DNA of 64,000 nucleotides, from assembly GCA_023458095.1 (NCBI GenBank), contig JAEXAS010000004.1, forward strand, positions 55,639 to 119,638, in the 5' to 3' direction. The notes beneath the pieces were generated by a model. The model was given only the letters and a program-made list of their open reading frames with translations, did not search any database and was not told the origin of the DNA. Made by a program: the position numbers and the translations under genes. Below, one piece after another: positions 21,174 through 30,648 of this stretch. The first letter of the stretch is position 1. Each line of letters begins with the position of its first letter. The DNA comes from Actinomycetes bacterium (lineage in GTDB: Bacteria; Actinomycetota; Actinomycetes; Propionibacteriales; Propionibacteriaceae).

Positions 21174-22093
21174 CGGTTCCCGAACAGCCCTGGCAGGCCC
21201 TTCGCGATCGGCTCCTGGACGCTGGCATCATCGCTGAGTTGGGTGAACCCGGCGTGGTCGCCCTCGGTGGCGAGTTCAACCGAGTCTTCGACGCTGTGGA
21301 TGCACTTTACGTGCGCACCTTCGCAGACCTAGGCGCCGAGGTCTGGCGTTTTCCGCCGGTGGAGCCCAAGGAGTTGTTCGAAAAGACCGACTATGTGGCT
21401 TCGTTCCCGCAGCTGACCGGGTCGCTGGCTACCTTCACCGGTGACCAGCGTGACCACATCGAGTTGCTGCGACTGCGCGCAGAAGGCCAGTCGTGGGAGG
21501 AGACCTTGCACCCGGCCGGCCTGATGATGAGCCCTGCGGCCTGTCATCCGCTGTACGCGGTGTTGTCGGGAACCCTTCCCGAGGGTGGTCGTACCTGCGA
21601 TGTCCTGGGGAGCTGTTTTCGCCACGAGCCCAGCGCAGACCCGATGCGGATGCAGACCTTCCGCATGCATGAGTTCGTCCATGCCGGTGACACGGTGTCG
21701 GCGCTGGAGCACCGAGATCAGACGGCCGCCCGCCTGGTCGACATGTTGAACTCGCTGGAGTTGGAGATCAGCTATGAGCCGGCCAACGACCCGTTCTTTG
21801 GTCGCACCGGAAAGATCATGGCCGCCAGCCAGCGGGAAGCCGCCCTGAAGTTCGAGTTGCTCACCTCGGTGTACGGCTCGGATGCCCCGTTGACGGCGAT
21901 CGGCTCGGCGAACTACCACAACGATCACTTCGGCCAGGCGTTCGGGATTCACACCCCTGGCGGAGCCGTCGCCCACACCGCCTGCCTCGGCCTCGGCCTG
22001 GATCGCACCGTCCTGGCACTCCTCTCTCGCCATGGCATGGCGGTCAGTGAGTGGCCTGCCACGGTTCGCTCCATCCTGTGGCCCGATGCATAG
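21170..22093 (+). CDS. Amino acid--[carrier protein] ligase (atypical SerRS catalytic-core homologue)
   Basis: YVASFPQL, PAACHP, motif 2 CFRHEPS, RMHEFV, ANDPFFGR, motif 3 HTACLGLGLDR; no tRNA-binding domain. Confidence 0.88.
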   Translation: MTVPEQPWQALRDRLLDAGIIAELGEPGVVALGGEFNRVFDAVDALYVRTFADLGAEVWRFPPVEPKELFEKTDYVASFPQLTGSLATFTGDQRDHIELLRLRAEGQSWEETLHPAGLMMSPAACHPLYAVLSGTLPEGGRTCDVLGSCFRHEPSADPMRMQTFRMHEFVHAGDTVSALEHRDQTAARLVDMLNSLELEISYEPANDPFFGRTGKIMAASQREAALKFELLTSVYGSDAPLTAIGSANYHNDHFGQAFGIHTPGGAVAHTACLGLGLDRTVLALLSRHGMAVSEWPATVRSILWPDA

Positions 22094-23693
22094 GCACTAC
22101 GGCTGGTACGGCGACCCGGCGATCTGGGCCGCGGTTCAGTTACCTGACCGAGGTGCACTGGGGGTCGTGCTGTGCCCCCCGCTGGGGCAGGAAGGTGTTA
22201 TCGCCTACCGCGGATTACGGCTGCTTGCCGACCAACTACAGAACCGCGGGATCGCCTCGGTGCGCTATGACCCACCCGGCCACGGTGACGCCGCCCCCAG
22301 CGACGATCCAGAGTCGGTGTTCGAGGGTGCCCGGCGCGGCTCCGAGTTGTTGCGGGCCTGCGGGTGTAGCCAGATCTGCTTCCTCGGATTGTCCTCGGCG
22401 GCACTGATCGCCAGCGAGGTCGCTGAGCCCGATGACCTGCTCGTGCTGTGGAGTCCACAACCGTCAGGTCGATCGTGGCTGCGCAGAGCGCGCGGTCTGG
22501 CCACCATAGAACTGGGCACTGATCGCATCAGCGACGGCATCGAATCCCTGATCGGGTTGGAACTGACTCAGCAGGCCGCTTCCCGCCTCGGCGCAGTGAC
22601 TTTACGGCTACCCGGTGAGGCGGCCGCTCTGGTCGCGGTTCGCGAGGGAGAGGTCACCCCACCAGGCCTGGCTGGCGCCCAGGTGATCGAGGTTCCCGGA
22701 ACCGCCGAGTTCTTGGACACACCCAGCATGAGTTCGGTGCTGCCTGTCTCGGCGATCACCACCATCGCCGATTGGCTGGCCGCCCAGGTGAGCGGAACCG
22801 CAGTCGCGTTGACGCCACCACCGCTACGCCCAGAACTCAAGGTGGGCAAGGCGGTGGAGCGGATCCGTTGGCTCGGCCCGAACGGACTGTTCGCCATCGA
22901 GTGTCGGCCCCGTGACGCCGCCTCGGAGGTTCCAGTGGTGCTGCTCCATTCCGGAGCGGCCGAGCATCGCGTCGGTGCCGGGAACTATCAGGTGGAATTG
23001 GCCAGGCTGTTGGCCGGCGATGGCGCGGCCTCGGTCCGCGCAGATCGCCGCAGTACCGGGGAGACCGGGACGGTGCGGCCGGAGGATCCGTCGCTGTTCT
23101 ACTCCGAAGAGTGGATGGCCGACCAGGACGCCATCATCGCCGCCTTGGGTATTCAGGGAGACCGGCTGGCGCTCACCGGATTGTGTGCTGGCGGCTGGCT
23201 CGCGGGTCAACGCACGATCGAGAACCCCCGACTGATCGTGGACATCCATCCCTTGGAGTATCGAATCGATCCGGCTCCGCCTGGCGAGTACGTCGACGAG
23301 ATCACCACCGAAGCAGACCCGCTGCCCGGCAAGGGCGCCCTGCGCGAGTGGTACCGCCGCTCCGCGCCGGTGTGGCTGCGACAGCTCCGGGATCGGTGGA
23401 AGGGTCGAGCAGGCGCCGGGCCTTTCCTGGCATCGACCGCCCAGCGGGCCGATCACACCGTGCTGATTTTCAGCGACCTGGAGAAGATGATCTTCGACCG
23501 CCGTGGTGGGCCGCAGGCCATGGCCAAGCTCGCTGGCATCGAAGCGATCGAGGTGGCGGGTTCCGACCACGCCTTGTACGCCCGGCCCACTCGGCAGCGC
23601 GTGATCGCCGAGGTGCGCCGCCAGGTGGCTCGAGCCTTCAACCTGAGCGCGGCCGACCCCGCGCGCATTGAGCCAAAGAGCCTCGCCCAGTGA
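22086..23693 (+). CDS. Tandem two-domain alpha/beta-hydrolase-fold protein
   Basis: Domain 1 VRYDPPGHGD...GLSSA; domain 2 HRVGA...RADRRSTGET...GLCAGG...DHALY. Confidence 0.75.
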   Translation: MHRHYGWYGDPAIWAAVQLPDRGALGVVLCPPLGQEGVIAYRGLRLLADQLQNRGIASVRYDPPGHGDAAPSDDPESVFEGARRGSELLRACGCSQICFLGLSSAALIASEVAEPDDLLVLWSPQPSGRSWLRRARGLATIELGTDRISDGIESLIGLELTQQAASRLGAVTLRLPGEAAALVAVREGEVTPPGLAGAQVIEVPGTAEFLDTPSMSSVLPVSAITTIADWLAAQVSGTAVALTPPPLRPELKVGKAVERIRWLGPNGLFAIECRPRDAASEVPVVLLHSGAAEHRVGAGNYQVELARLLAGDGAASVRADRRSTGETGTVRPEDPSLFYSEEWMADQDAIIAALGIQGDRLALTGLCAGGWLAGQRTIENPRLIVDIHPLEYRIDPAPPGEYVDEITTEADPLPGKGALREWYRRSAPVWLRQLRDRWKGRAGAGPFLASTAQRADHTVLIFSDLEKMIFDRRGGPQAMAKLAGIEAIEVAGSDHALYARPTRQRVIAEVRRQVARAFNLSAADPARIEPKSLAQ

Positions 23694-23718
23694 TGGCGGC
23701 CTGCAGCAGGTGGTGCCC

Positions 23719-24021
23719 ATGACTGACCTGCCCACCATGATCAGCGCGGTGTTCGTCGTCGGAGCACTGATCGCCGCGATCGTCATCGCGGTGATTTCCG
23801 TCACTGCCGATTCCCGGCGAAAGGCAGCCCGGGAGGCCTACTTCGCCCAGACCTACGACTCCTCGGTGGAGCGCATGCTCGCCGAGTGCTCCGTCGACAG
23901 GGACCACCTTCGATCGCTTCGCGATGCAGGCAGGGGCGGGTTGCCAGCAGCGACCCGCGAGCTGCTGCGCAGCGAACCGATACCCCTGCGGCCTGCTGCT
24001 GAGTTCATCAAGCGGCTCTAG
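23719..24021 (+). CDS. Small membrane-anchored hypothetical protein
   Basis: N-terminal TM helix and short helical C-domain; follows the hydrolase on the same strand. Confidence 0.55.
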   Translation: MTDLPTMISAVFVVGALIAAIVIAVISVTADSRRKAAREAYFAQTYDSSVERMLAECSVDRDHLRSLRDAGRGGLPAATRELLRSEPIPLRPAAEFIKRL

Positions 24022-25001
24022 TGACCAATGGCCTTCAAGGTGTCCTGGATCGCCGCCGCAGAGGTGCGCAGCAGCCTGATCTCGTGGGCGTCCATGGGGA
24101 ACTCGAAGACCCGTTCGATGCCGTAGGGGCCCACCAGACTCGGTACGGACAGCGCAACCCCTGAGATACCGCGATAGTCGCTCAGCACGCTCGACAGAGG
24201 CCAGATCTTGCGCTGGTCGTTCAGCATCGCCTCGACCAGCCGGGCGCCGGCCAGTCCGATCGCGTAGTTGGTGGCTCCCTTGCCTTCGATGATCTCGTAG
24301 GCGGCATGGACGGTGTCGTGGGCGATATCGGCCAGGACCTCTTCGCTGAAGATACGAACTCCACTCGGATCGACCCACTCACGGATCGGGACCTGGGAGA
24401 TCGAGGCACTGGACCACACCGGGAACTCCGTATCGCCGTGCTCGCCGAACATCGCGGCATGCACATTGGTCAACGCCACGCCGGCCCGTTGCGAGATGGC
24501 CCAGCGAAGCCGGGAGGTGTCCAACAGGGTGCCGGTGGAGATCACCCGTCCGGCGGGAAGCCCGCTGACCTGTTGGGCGACCACGGTCAGCACATCGCAG
24601 GGATTGGTCACCAGCACCAGCACCGCATTGGGAGCCTGCTCCAGCAGGCGCGGCACCAAGTCCTTCATGATTTCGGCGTTGACCCCGGCCAGTTCCATCC
24701 GGGTTTGGCCGGGATCCTGACGAGCACCGGCGGTGATGATGATCACCGAGGAGTCGGCCACGACCCGAATGTCCGAGCCGCCGGTCACCACGGAGGTGGG
24801 GGTGAACTGGGTACCGTGGGCGAGGTCATGGACCTCGGCCTGCACCTTCTTGTCGTTGATGTCGTACAGAGCGATCTGACGGGCAGAACCACGAATCAGG
24901 GCCGCATAGGCGATAGAGGTTCCCACCGAGCCGGCGCCGACGACGGTGAGCTTGGAATTGGCCAGGTTGTGGTGCCCGGTCCGATCAAGGTCCATGCTCA
25001 C
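24018..25001 (-). CDS. ldh: L-lactate dehydrogenase
   Basis: [17 protein letters not shown] (Gln specificity residue), GEHGD. Confidence 0.93.
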   Translation of the reverse strand: MSMDLDRTGHHNLANSKLTVVGAGSVGTSIAYAALIRGSARQIALYDINDKKVQAEVHDLAHGTQFTPTSVVTGGSDIRVVADSSVIIITAGARQDPGQTRMELAGVNAEIMKDLVPRLLEQAPNAVLVLVTNPCDVLTVVAQQVSGLPAGRVISTGTLLDTSRLRWAISQRAGVALTNVHAAMFGEHGDTEFPVWSSASISQVPIREWVDPSGVRIFSEEVLADIAHDTVHAAYEIIEGKGATNYAIGLAGARLVEAMLNDQRKIWPLSSVLSDYRGISGVALSVPSLVGPYGIERVFEFPMDAHEIRLLRTSAAAIQDTLKAIGH

Positions 25002-25088
25002 AGCCTAGTGAACCAGCATCCAACCCGTCGGGAGCAGCCACATCCCGTCAGAGCAGATCCGCTCGGCGGCCGCTCGCGACGGCGCCGC

Positions 25089-25730
25089 TCAGCCTTCGGG
25101 AGGGGTTGTCGGCAGTTCGACCAAAGCAGTCACCAGATGCTCGAGCCCGGTTCGCCAGGACTCTTCGGGGCGGGTACCTTCGTTCAGAATCTCGTTCAAC
25201 CGTGTGTGCATGAAGTATGCATCCACAGTGATGAGGAACTGATTCATAGGGATACGCAGTTTCGCCTTCTGGCGCTGCAGCATGGTCTCGATCTCAGCGG
25301 CAGCGAGGGCGAAGGCGGCGCGCTCCACCTCGATCAGAACCGGCCGAAAGGCGCTGTTGCGCAACGCGTACAGCCGCAACTCCGAGCGCACCTCAACCCA
25401 GTTGCCGTCCATCTCGAGGCCGGCGGCAAGAATGGCGACCACCTTGGCTACGACTTCAGACACTGCGCTCTGGTCGAGTTGCCCTTCGGGCACCATGCGC
25501 ATCGCCTGCTGGGTCACGATCACGAGTTGTTCGCCGCGCTGCCGCACCAAGGCCAGGCAAAGCTCGTCCTTCGATTCGAAGTTGCTGTAGAAGGCGCCTC
25601 GGGTGAATCCGGCCCGCTCGCAGATCTCTTCAACACTGGCCGCCTGCACACTGCGCTCCACGAAGAGCTCGGCAGCGGCAGCCATCAGCCGCTCTCTGGT
25701 GTGGAGCCGCCGGAGACTCACCTCAGCCAT
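25089..25730 (-). CDS. TetR/AcrR transcriptional regulator
   Basis: HTH SVEEICERAGFTRGAFYSNFESKDEL. Confidence 0.92.
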   Translation of the reverse strand: MAEVSLRRLHTRERLMAAAAELFVERSVQAASVEEICERAGFTRGAFYSNFESKDELCLALVRQRGEQLVIVTQQAMRMVPEGQLDQSAVSEVVAKVVAILAAGLEMDGNWVEVRSELRLYALRNSAFRPVLIEVERAAFALAAAEIETMLQRQKAKLRIPMNQFLITVDAYFMHTRLNEILNEGTRPEESWRTGLEHLVTALVELPTTPPEG

Positions 25731-25766
25731 CCTCGCCTCCTCACCGAGTCGTGGAACTCACCCTTG

Positions 25767-25799
25767 GATACAGAAGTGTATCGGATACAGTTGTGTATC
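25767..25799. promoter_or_regulatory. Tandem putative TetR operators
   Basis: GATACA-gaag-TGTATC (25767-25782) and GATACA-gttg-TGTATC (25784-25799) between divergent tetR and mmpL. Confidence 0.75.
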
Positions 25800-25825
25800 G
25801 AACCTGATGAAGTCAAGGAGTCTCG

Positions 25826-28516
25826 GTGTCGTCGTTCCTCTATCGCCTCGGCCGGGCCAGTTTTCGGCACCGCTTTCGAACCCTCGGCATCTGGCTGGTC
25901 ATCTTGGCCGTGCTGGGCGGGCTTGCCGCAGGTTTCGGAGGCAAGTTCAACGATGAGTTCACCGTGCCAGGTGCGAGCTCGACAAATGCCTGGAACCAAC
26001 TGAAGGTCACCTTCCCCGAGGCTGCGGACGCCACCGCCACCGTGTTGATCACCGCCCCGGACGGCGACAAGATGACCGACTCCGCCGTGCGGTCAGCGGT
26101 AGCGGCCTGGGACGACAAGATCACCGCGCTGCCCTTCGTCAATGGCACCGTCGGCCCCTACAACGATCACATCTCCGGGCTGATCAGTGAGGACGGTCGC
26201 AGCGGACGGGTCACGATTCGGGTCGCCACCGGGGTTGGCTCAACCACCGATGCCATGCGCGAACAGCTCACCTCGACCGCCGAATCACTGGAGACCACCC
26301 TGCCCGGAAGCCAGGTCCTGGTCGGCGGAGACATCTACTCCACCAAGATCCCCAAGATCACCATCATCGAGGCCCTCGGGTTGGCCGTGGCGATTGTGGT
26401 GTTGCTGCTGACGCTGGGGTCAGTCACCGCAGCCATGATGCCGGTCGCCACAGCCCTGGCCGGAGTCGGTTCCGGAGTGATGCTCATCTTCCTCGCCGCC
26501 GGAGTGATCTCGGTGAACTCCACCACGCTGATCCTGGCGATCATGCTCGGCCTGGCGGTCGGAATCGACTACGCCCTGTTCATCCTCTCCCGCCACCGCG
26601 ACCAACTCGGGACCGGTATGGACGTGGAGGAGTCCGCCGCCCGCTCGGTGGGCACCGCCGGCGGCGCTGTGGTCTTCGCCGGAACCACCGTGGTCATCGC
26701 CCTGATCGGGCTCAGCCTGGCGGGCCTGCCCTTCCTCACCACCATGGGCGCCTTCGCCTCGGTAACCGTGGCCATCGAAGTCGCGCTGGCGATCACTCTG
26801 CTGCCCGCCTTGATGGGACTGGCCGGGGAGCGGCTACGGCCCCGTCCGCGGGCTGCAGCCAGAGCTGCGCGGCGGGCCTCGAGCAGCGGCTTCAAACCCG
26901 CCCAGTGGTGGGTCAAGACCGTGACCACCTGGCCTATCGTGACCGTCATCGTCGTGCTCGCCGGGATGGGTGCGTTGGCCTACCCCATGACGAATCTTCA
27001 ACTGGCGCTGCCGACGTCGCAGCGGTCGCTGCCAGGCTCGCAGGATCGAGTCACCTTCGATGCCATCACCGAGAAGTTCGGAATCGGCACCAATGGGCCG
27101 CTGGTCATGATGGTCCCCATCGTCGAGTCCACAGACCCCATGGAGGTGCTCGACGGACTGAAGGCCGACATCGAGAAGATGCCAGGGGTCGCGCGGGTGG
27201 CCGCCGCCGTCCCGAACCCCAATGTCGACACCGGCATGATCCAGATCGTGCCGACCACCGGCCCGGACAGCCCGGCCACCGCCGATCTGGTGCAGCGCCT
27301 GCGCGACCGAGCCGGCGAATGGAAACAGCGCTACGACGTGGACACCAACATCACCGGCTTCACCGCCATTCAGATCGACGTCACCGAGCGCCTGCGCGAG
27401 GCGATGCTGCCGTTCGGCATCTTCGTGGTCGGATTGTCCCTGATTCTGCTGATGATGGTCTTCCGATCCATATGGGTGCCGCTCAAGGCCGCTCTGGGCT
27501 ATCTACTGAGCGTGGGAGCCGCCTTCGGCGCCACCACCTTGGTGTTCAACGAAGGCTGGTTCGGCTCGGTGGTGAATCTGCCCGAACCCGGCCCGGTCAT
27601 CAGCTTCCTGCCGATCATCTTGATGGGCATCCTGTTCGGTTTGGCCATGGACTATGAGGTGTTCCTGGTCTCCCGAATGCGCGAGGAACATGTGCACGGC
27701 AACCCCAACTCGGTGGTCGACGGCTTCGTGCACTCAGCCAAGGTCGTGGTCGCTGCCGCGATCATCATGTTCAGCGTGTTCGCCTTCTTCGTGCCCCACG
27801 GTGAAGGCACCATCAAGGCCATCGCCTTCTCGCTGGCCGTCGGTGTCGCCTTGGACGCGTTCGTGGTGCGCATGACGCTGGTTCCGGCGGTCATGGTCCT
27901 GCTGGGTGATCACGCCTGGTGGCTGCCCCGGTGGCTGGACCGCATTCTGCCCTCCTTCGATGTGGAGGGCGAAGCGCTCACCCGGCAACTGGAGTTGGCG
28001 TCGTGGCCAAGCCCCCAGGACAACTCAGCCATCGTCGCCGAGGGACTCAGCGCCAGCGTCGGCGACCGCACTCTGTTCCGCGACCTCGACGTCCGACTGG
28101 AACGTGGCGGGCTGTTGGTGATCGAGGGCGAGCACGCTCAGCGCCGCGCTCTGCTGCTGGCCCTGGCCGGACGATTGAATCTACAGTCCGGCAAGCTCAA
28201 GACCCTCGGGTTGGTGTTGCCCGAGGAAGCCCCCGTTCTGCGGGGACAGGCTCCCGTCCTGGGCCCCGCCACGCCACATTTCGGACGAATCCTCACCAAA
28301 CAGCATGGCGGCATCGTCTTCGTCGATTCCGCCGACGAGCTTTCCACCACCCAGGAGCACTCGCTGCGGCGGGCGATGAACGCTGCCCCTGATGGAGAAG
28401 CGATCACCTGGGTGCTCTCGGTGGCTCCCGACTCACCCTTACTCGCCCAGCTCAACGGCGGGCACACCATCGTGCGAATGCCTTCCCACTTCGCCCTGGA
28501 AGGAGCGAATCAATGA
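25826..28516 (+). CDS. MMPL/RND transporter with C-terminal degenerate ABC-ATPase-like domain
   Basis: GLAVGIDYALF, GLAMDYEVFL; tail IVAEGLSA...LFRDLDVRLERGGLLVIEG. Confidence 0.88.
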   Translation: MSSFLYRLGRASFRHRFRTLGIWLVILAVLGGLAAGFGGKFNDEFTVPGASSTNAWNQLKVTFPEAADATATVLITAPDGDKMTDSAVRSAVAAWDDKITALPFVNGTVGPYNDHISGLISEDGRSGRVTIRVATGVGSTTDAMREQLTSTAESLETTLPGSQVLVGGDIYSTKIPKITIIEALGLAVAIVVLLLTLGSVTAAMMPVATALAGVGSGVMLIFLAAGVISVNSTTLILAIMLGLAVGIDYALFILSRHRDQLGTGMDVEESAARSVGTAGGAVVFAGTTVVIALIGLSLAGLPFLTTMGAFASVTVAIEVALAITLLPALMGLAGERLRPRPRAAARAARRASSSGFKPAQWWVKTVTTWPIVTVIVVLAGMGALAYPMTNLQLALPTSQRSLPGSQDRVTFDAITEKFGIGTNGPLVMMVPIVESTDPMEVLDGLKADIEKMPGVARVAAAVPNPNVDTGMIQIVPTTGPDSPATADLVQRLRDRAGEWKQRYDVDTNITGFTAIQIDVTERLREAMLPFGIFVVGLSLILLMMVFRSIWVPLKAALGYLLSVGAAFGATTLVFNEGWFGSVVNLPEPGPVISFLPIILMGILFGLAMDYEVFLVSRMREEHVHGNPNSVVDGFVHSAKVVVAAAIIMFSVFAFFVPHGEGTIKAIAFSLAVGVALDAFVVRMTLVPAVMVLLGDHAWWLPRWLDRILPSFDVEGEALTRQLELASWPSPQDNSAIVAEGLSASVGDRTLFRDLDVRLERGGLLVIEGEHAQRRALLLALAGRLNLQSGKLKTLGLVLPEEAPVLRGQAPVLGPATPHFGRILTKQHGGIVFVDSADELSTTQEHSLRRAMNAAPDGEAITWVLSVAPDSPLLAQLNGGHTIVRMPSHFALEGANQ

Positions 28517-30618
28517 ACCTCGAACGGGTGAATTCCACCCCGGCCCGTTGGTGGACGCTGCTAGGCCTGGTGCTCGTGCCGGTGCTCATCGCCGGAGGAT
28601 TCCTGGTCGCCGGGCTGAACTCCGACAACCGTATGCATGAGGTGAAAGCCGCCGTCGTGAACCTGGACGAGCCGGTCACCGTGAACGGCCAATACGCCCC
28701 CATGGGCCGCCAACTCACCGCGAACTTGGTCGATTCCCAGCGGGTTGAGAACCTCACCTGGGAACTCGACAGTGAGGAAAATGCCCGCGCGGGGCTGGAA
28801 ACCGGCGCCTACGCGGCGATGATCGTGATCCCCAAGAACTTCTCGGCGGCGGCCACCTCCTATGCCAAGGACGCCAAGGACGCCGAACGGGCCACGCTCG
28901 AGTTGAGCACCTCACCGGTCGCCGGCGTAGCCGATGCCACCTTGGGCAAGGCGGTGGCCATGGAAGCCGCCACGGCCCTGAACGAGTCGCTGACCTCGAC
29001 CTACTTGGACAAGATCTACGTCGGCTTCAACGACACCGGCAAGCAGTTCACCACGATGTCCGACGGCGCCTCGCAGTTGGCCACGGGCAGCAGCGACTTG
29101 GCCAGCGGCATTCAGCAGGCAGCCGACGGCAGCGACCAACTCGCTTCGGGTACCTCGCAGTTGGCCAATGGATTGGCCCAGATGAAGACCCAGACCGCGT
29201 CCATGCCGTCCGACACCGCCAAGCTGGCGACCGGAACCTCGACCTATGTGGCCGGAGTCAACGATCTGATCGATCAGACGATCGCATCGCTTTCCAGCCA
29301 GGTGGCGCTGGCCAAAGGGGTGACTCAACTGAGCAGCGGAGCATCCGGACTTTCCTCGGGCCTGGCCACCTATCAGGACTCGATGGACAATCTCGGCAGC
29401 AACGCCACGGTGGTCGCCCAGGCCACAGTGGCCGCGGAGGCCGCGGTCGCACCGACGCCCTGCCCCACTTTCAGCGCCGATCCGGCCACCCAGGCGACCG
29501 CCTGCGCCGCATTCACTGCCGGCCTCACCGCCGGCGCCGACGCGGGCGCGGCCGTCGGCGTCACCGTTGGCGGAAAAGCTGCAGCCACCGGACTCGACAC
29601 CAAGGATTCCCACACCGGCCAGAGCCTCATGTCAGGAGCGCAGGAGCTCGCCAGTGGGCTCAACACGCTGGACGATCAGTTGCAGAAGTCGCTACCCGAT
29701 GTGCCGAAGACCACCGCACAGTTGAACCAGCTCAAGTCCGGTGGCACGGAGCTGGCCACCGGGGTTTCCCAACTCGCCGCCGGCATCCCGGCCCTCACCG
29801 ATGGGATTGCTCGCAGTGCCGACGGCGCGACCCAACTGGCGACCGGCGTCACCTCGCTGAGCGTTGGCCTGGCCAGTGCAGCCCAAGGCTCAACGAAGCT
29901 GTCCGCCGGTATGTCAGAGTTCGCTGATGGCCTGGCCAGCGGGAAGGACAAGATTCCCTCCTACACCACTCAGGATCGCGAGAACCTGGCCTCGGTGGTG
30001 GCTTCCCCGGTGTCGACCGATGGACTCACTGGGCTCGCAAGTCCGAACCTGGGCTGGGTCAGCCTCCTGCTGATACTGGCTTTGTGGCTAGGGGCTTTGG
30101 CGATCTACACCGTGGTCAGCGCCGTCGGACGCGGTTTGCTCGGCTCGGCGGGGACCACCCCGAAGCTGGTCGCTGAAGCACTCCTGCCCGGCATTGCCCT
30201 GGTGACCATCCAGGCAGTGATTCTGGGCGGGCTGGCCGGGTGGGCTTGGGACCTGAACTGGCAGAAGACTCTTCAGGTGAGTGGCGTGCTGCTCATCGCC
30301 GGAGTCGCCTTCGCCGTGATCAACCACGCCCTGATCACCTGGGCCGGGGGTTTTGGTCGCCTGGTGTCGGTGGTGTTCGCGGTGATCACGACAGCAGCCA
30401 CACTGGCCCCTGCGGCACCCGGAGTGTTGGAAGCGCTGCGTCCCTTCTCTCCGCTGACGCCGGCGCTGGACGCCCTTCGGGCCGTGGTCACCGATTCGGC
30501 TGGGGCGGGCTCGTCAACCTTTGTCGTGATCGGTTGGCTTCTGATCGGTTTGCTAGCCAGCGCGGCCGGCATTGCCCGGCGTCGCACCACCACTCTGGCC
30601 GCTGTCGTGGCCCTCTAA
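28513..30618 (+). CDS. YhgE/Pip family membrane protein
   Basis: AAVVNLDEP, xxxLxxG heptad repeats, C-terminal TM bundle; ATGA-coupled. Confidence 0.85.
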   Translation: MNLERVNSTPARWWTLLGLVLVPVLIAGGFLVAGLNSDNRMHEVKAAVVNLDEPVTVNGQYAPMGRQLTANLVDSQRVENLTWELDSEENARAGLETGAYAAMIVIPKNFSAAATSYAKDAKDAERATLELSTSPVAGVADATLGKAVAMEAATALNESLTSTYLDKIYVGFNDTGKQFTTMSDGASQLATGSSDLASGIQQAADGSDQLASGTSQLANGLAQMKTQTASMPSDTAKLATGTSTYVAGVNDLIDQTIASLSSQVALAKGVTQLSSGASGLSSGLATYQDSMDNLGSNATVVAQATVAAEAAVAPTPCPTFSADPATQATACAAFTAGLTAGADAGAAVGVTVGGKAAATGLDTKDSHTGQSLMSGAQELASGLNTLDDQLQKSLPDVPKTTAQLNQLKSGGTELATGVSQLAAGIPALTDGIARSADGATQLATGVTSLSVGLASAAQGSTKLSAGMSEFADGLASGKDKIPSYTTQDRENLASVVASPVSTDGLTGLASPNLGWVSLLLILALWLGALAIYTVVSAVGRGLLGSAGTTPKLVAEALLPGIALVTIQAVILGGLAGWAWDLNWQKTLQVSGVLLIAGVAFAVINHALITWAGGFGRLVSVVFAVITTAATLAPAAPGVLEALRPFSPLTPALDALRAVVTDSAGAGSSTFVVIGWLLIGLLASAAGIARRRTTTLAAVVAL

Positions 30619-30648
30619 GGTCAACGCTCGCGTGCGAGGCTCGGCCGG

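Noticed and set aside
24306..26003. 565-aa + strand ORF and similar long overlapping ORFs elsewhere
   Set aside because: They overlap motif-supported genes (ldh, tetR) and carry no recognisable motifs
29040..29945. Repetitive DNA inside yhgE/pip
   Set aside because: Reflects the xxxLxxG heptad repeats normal for this family
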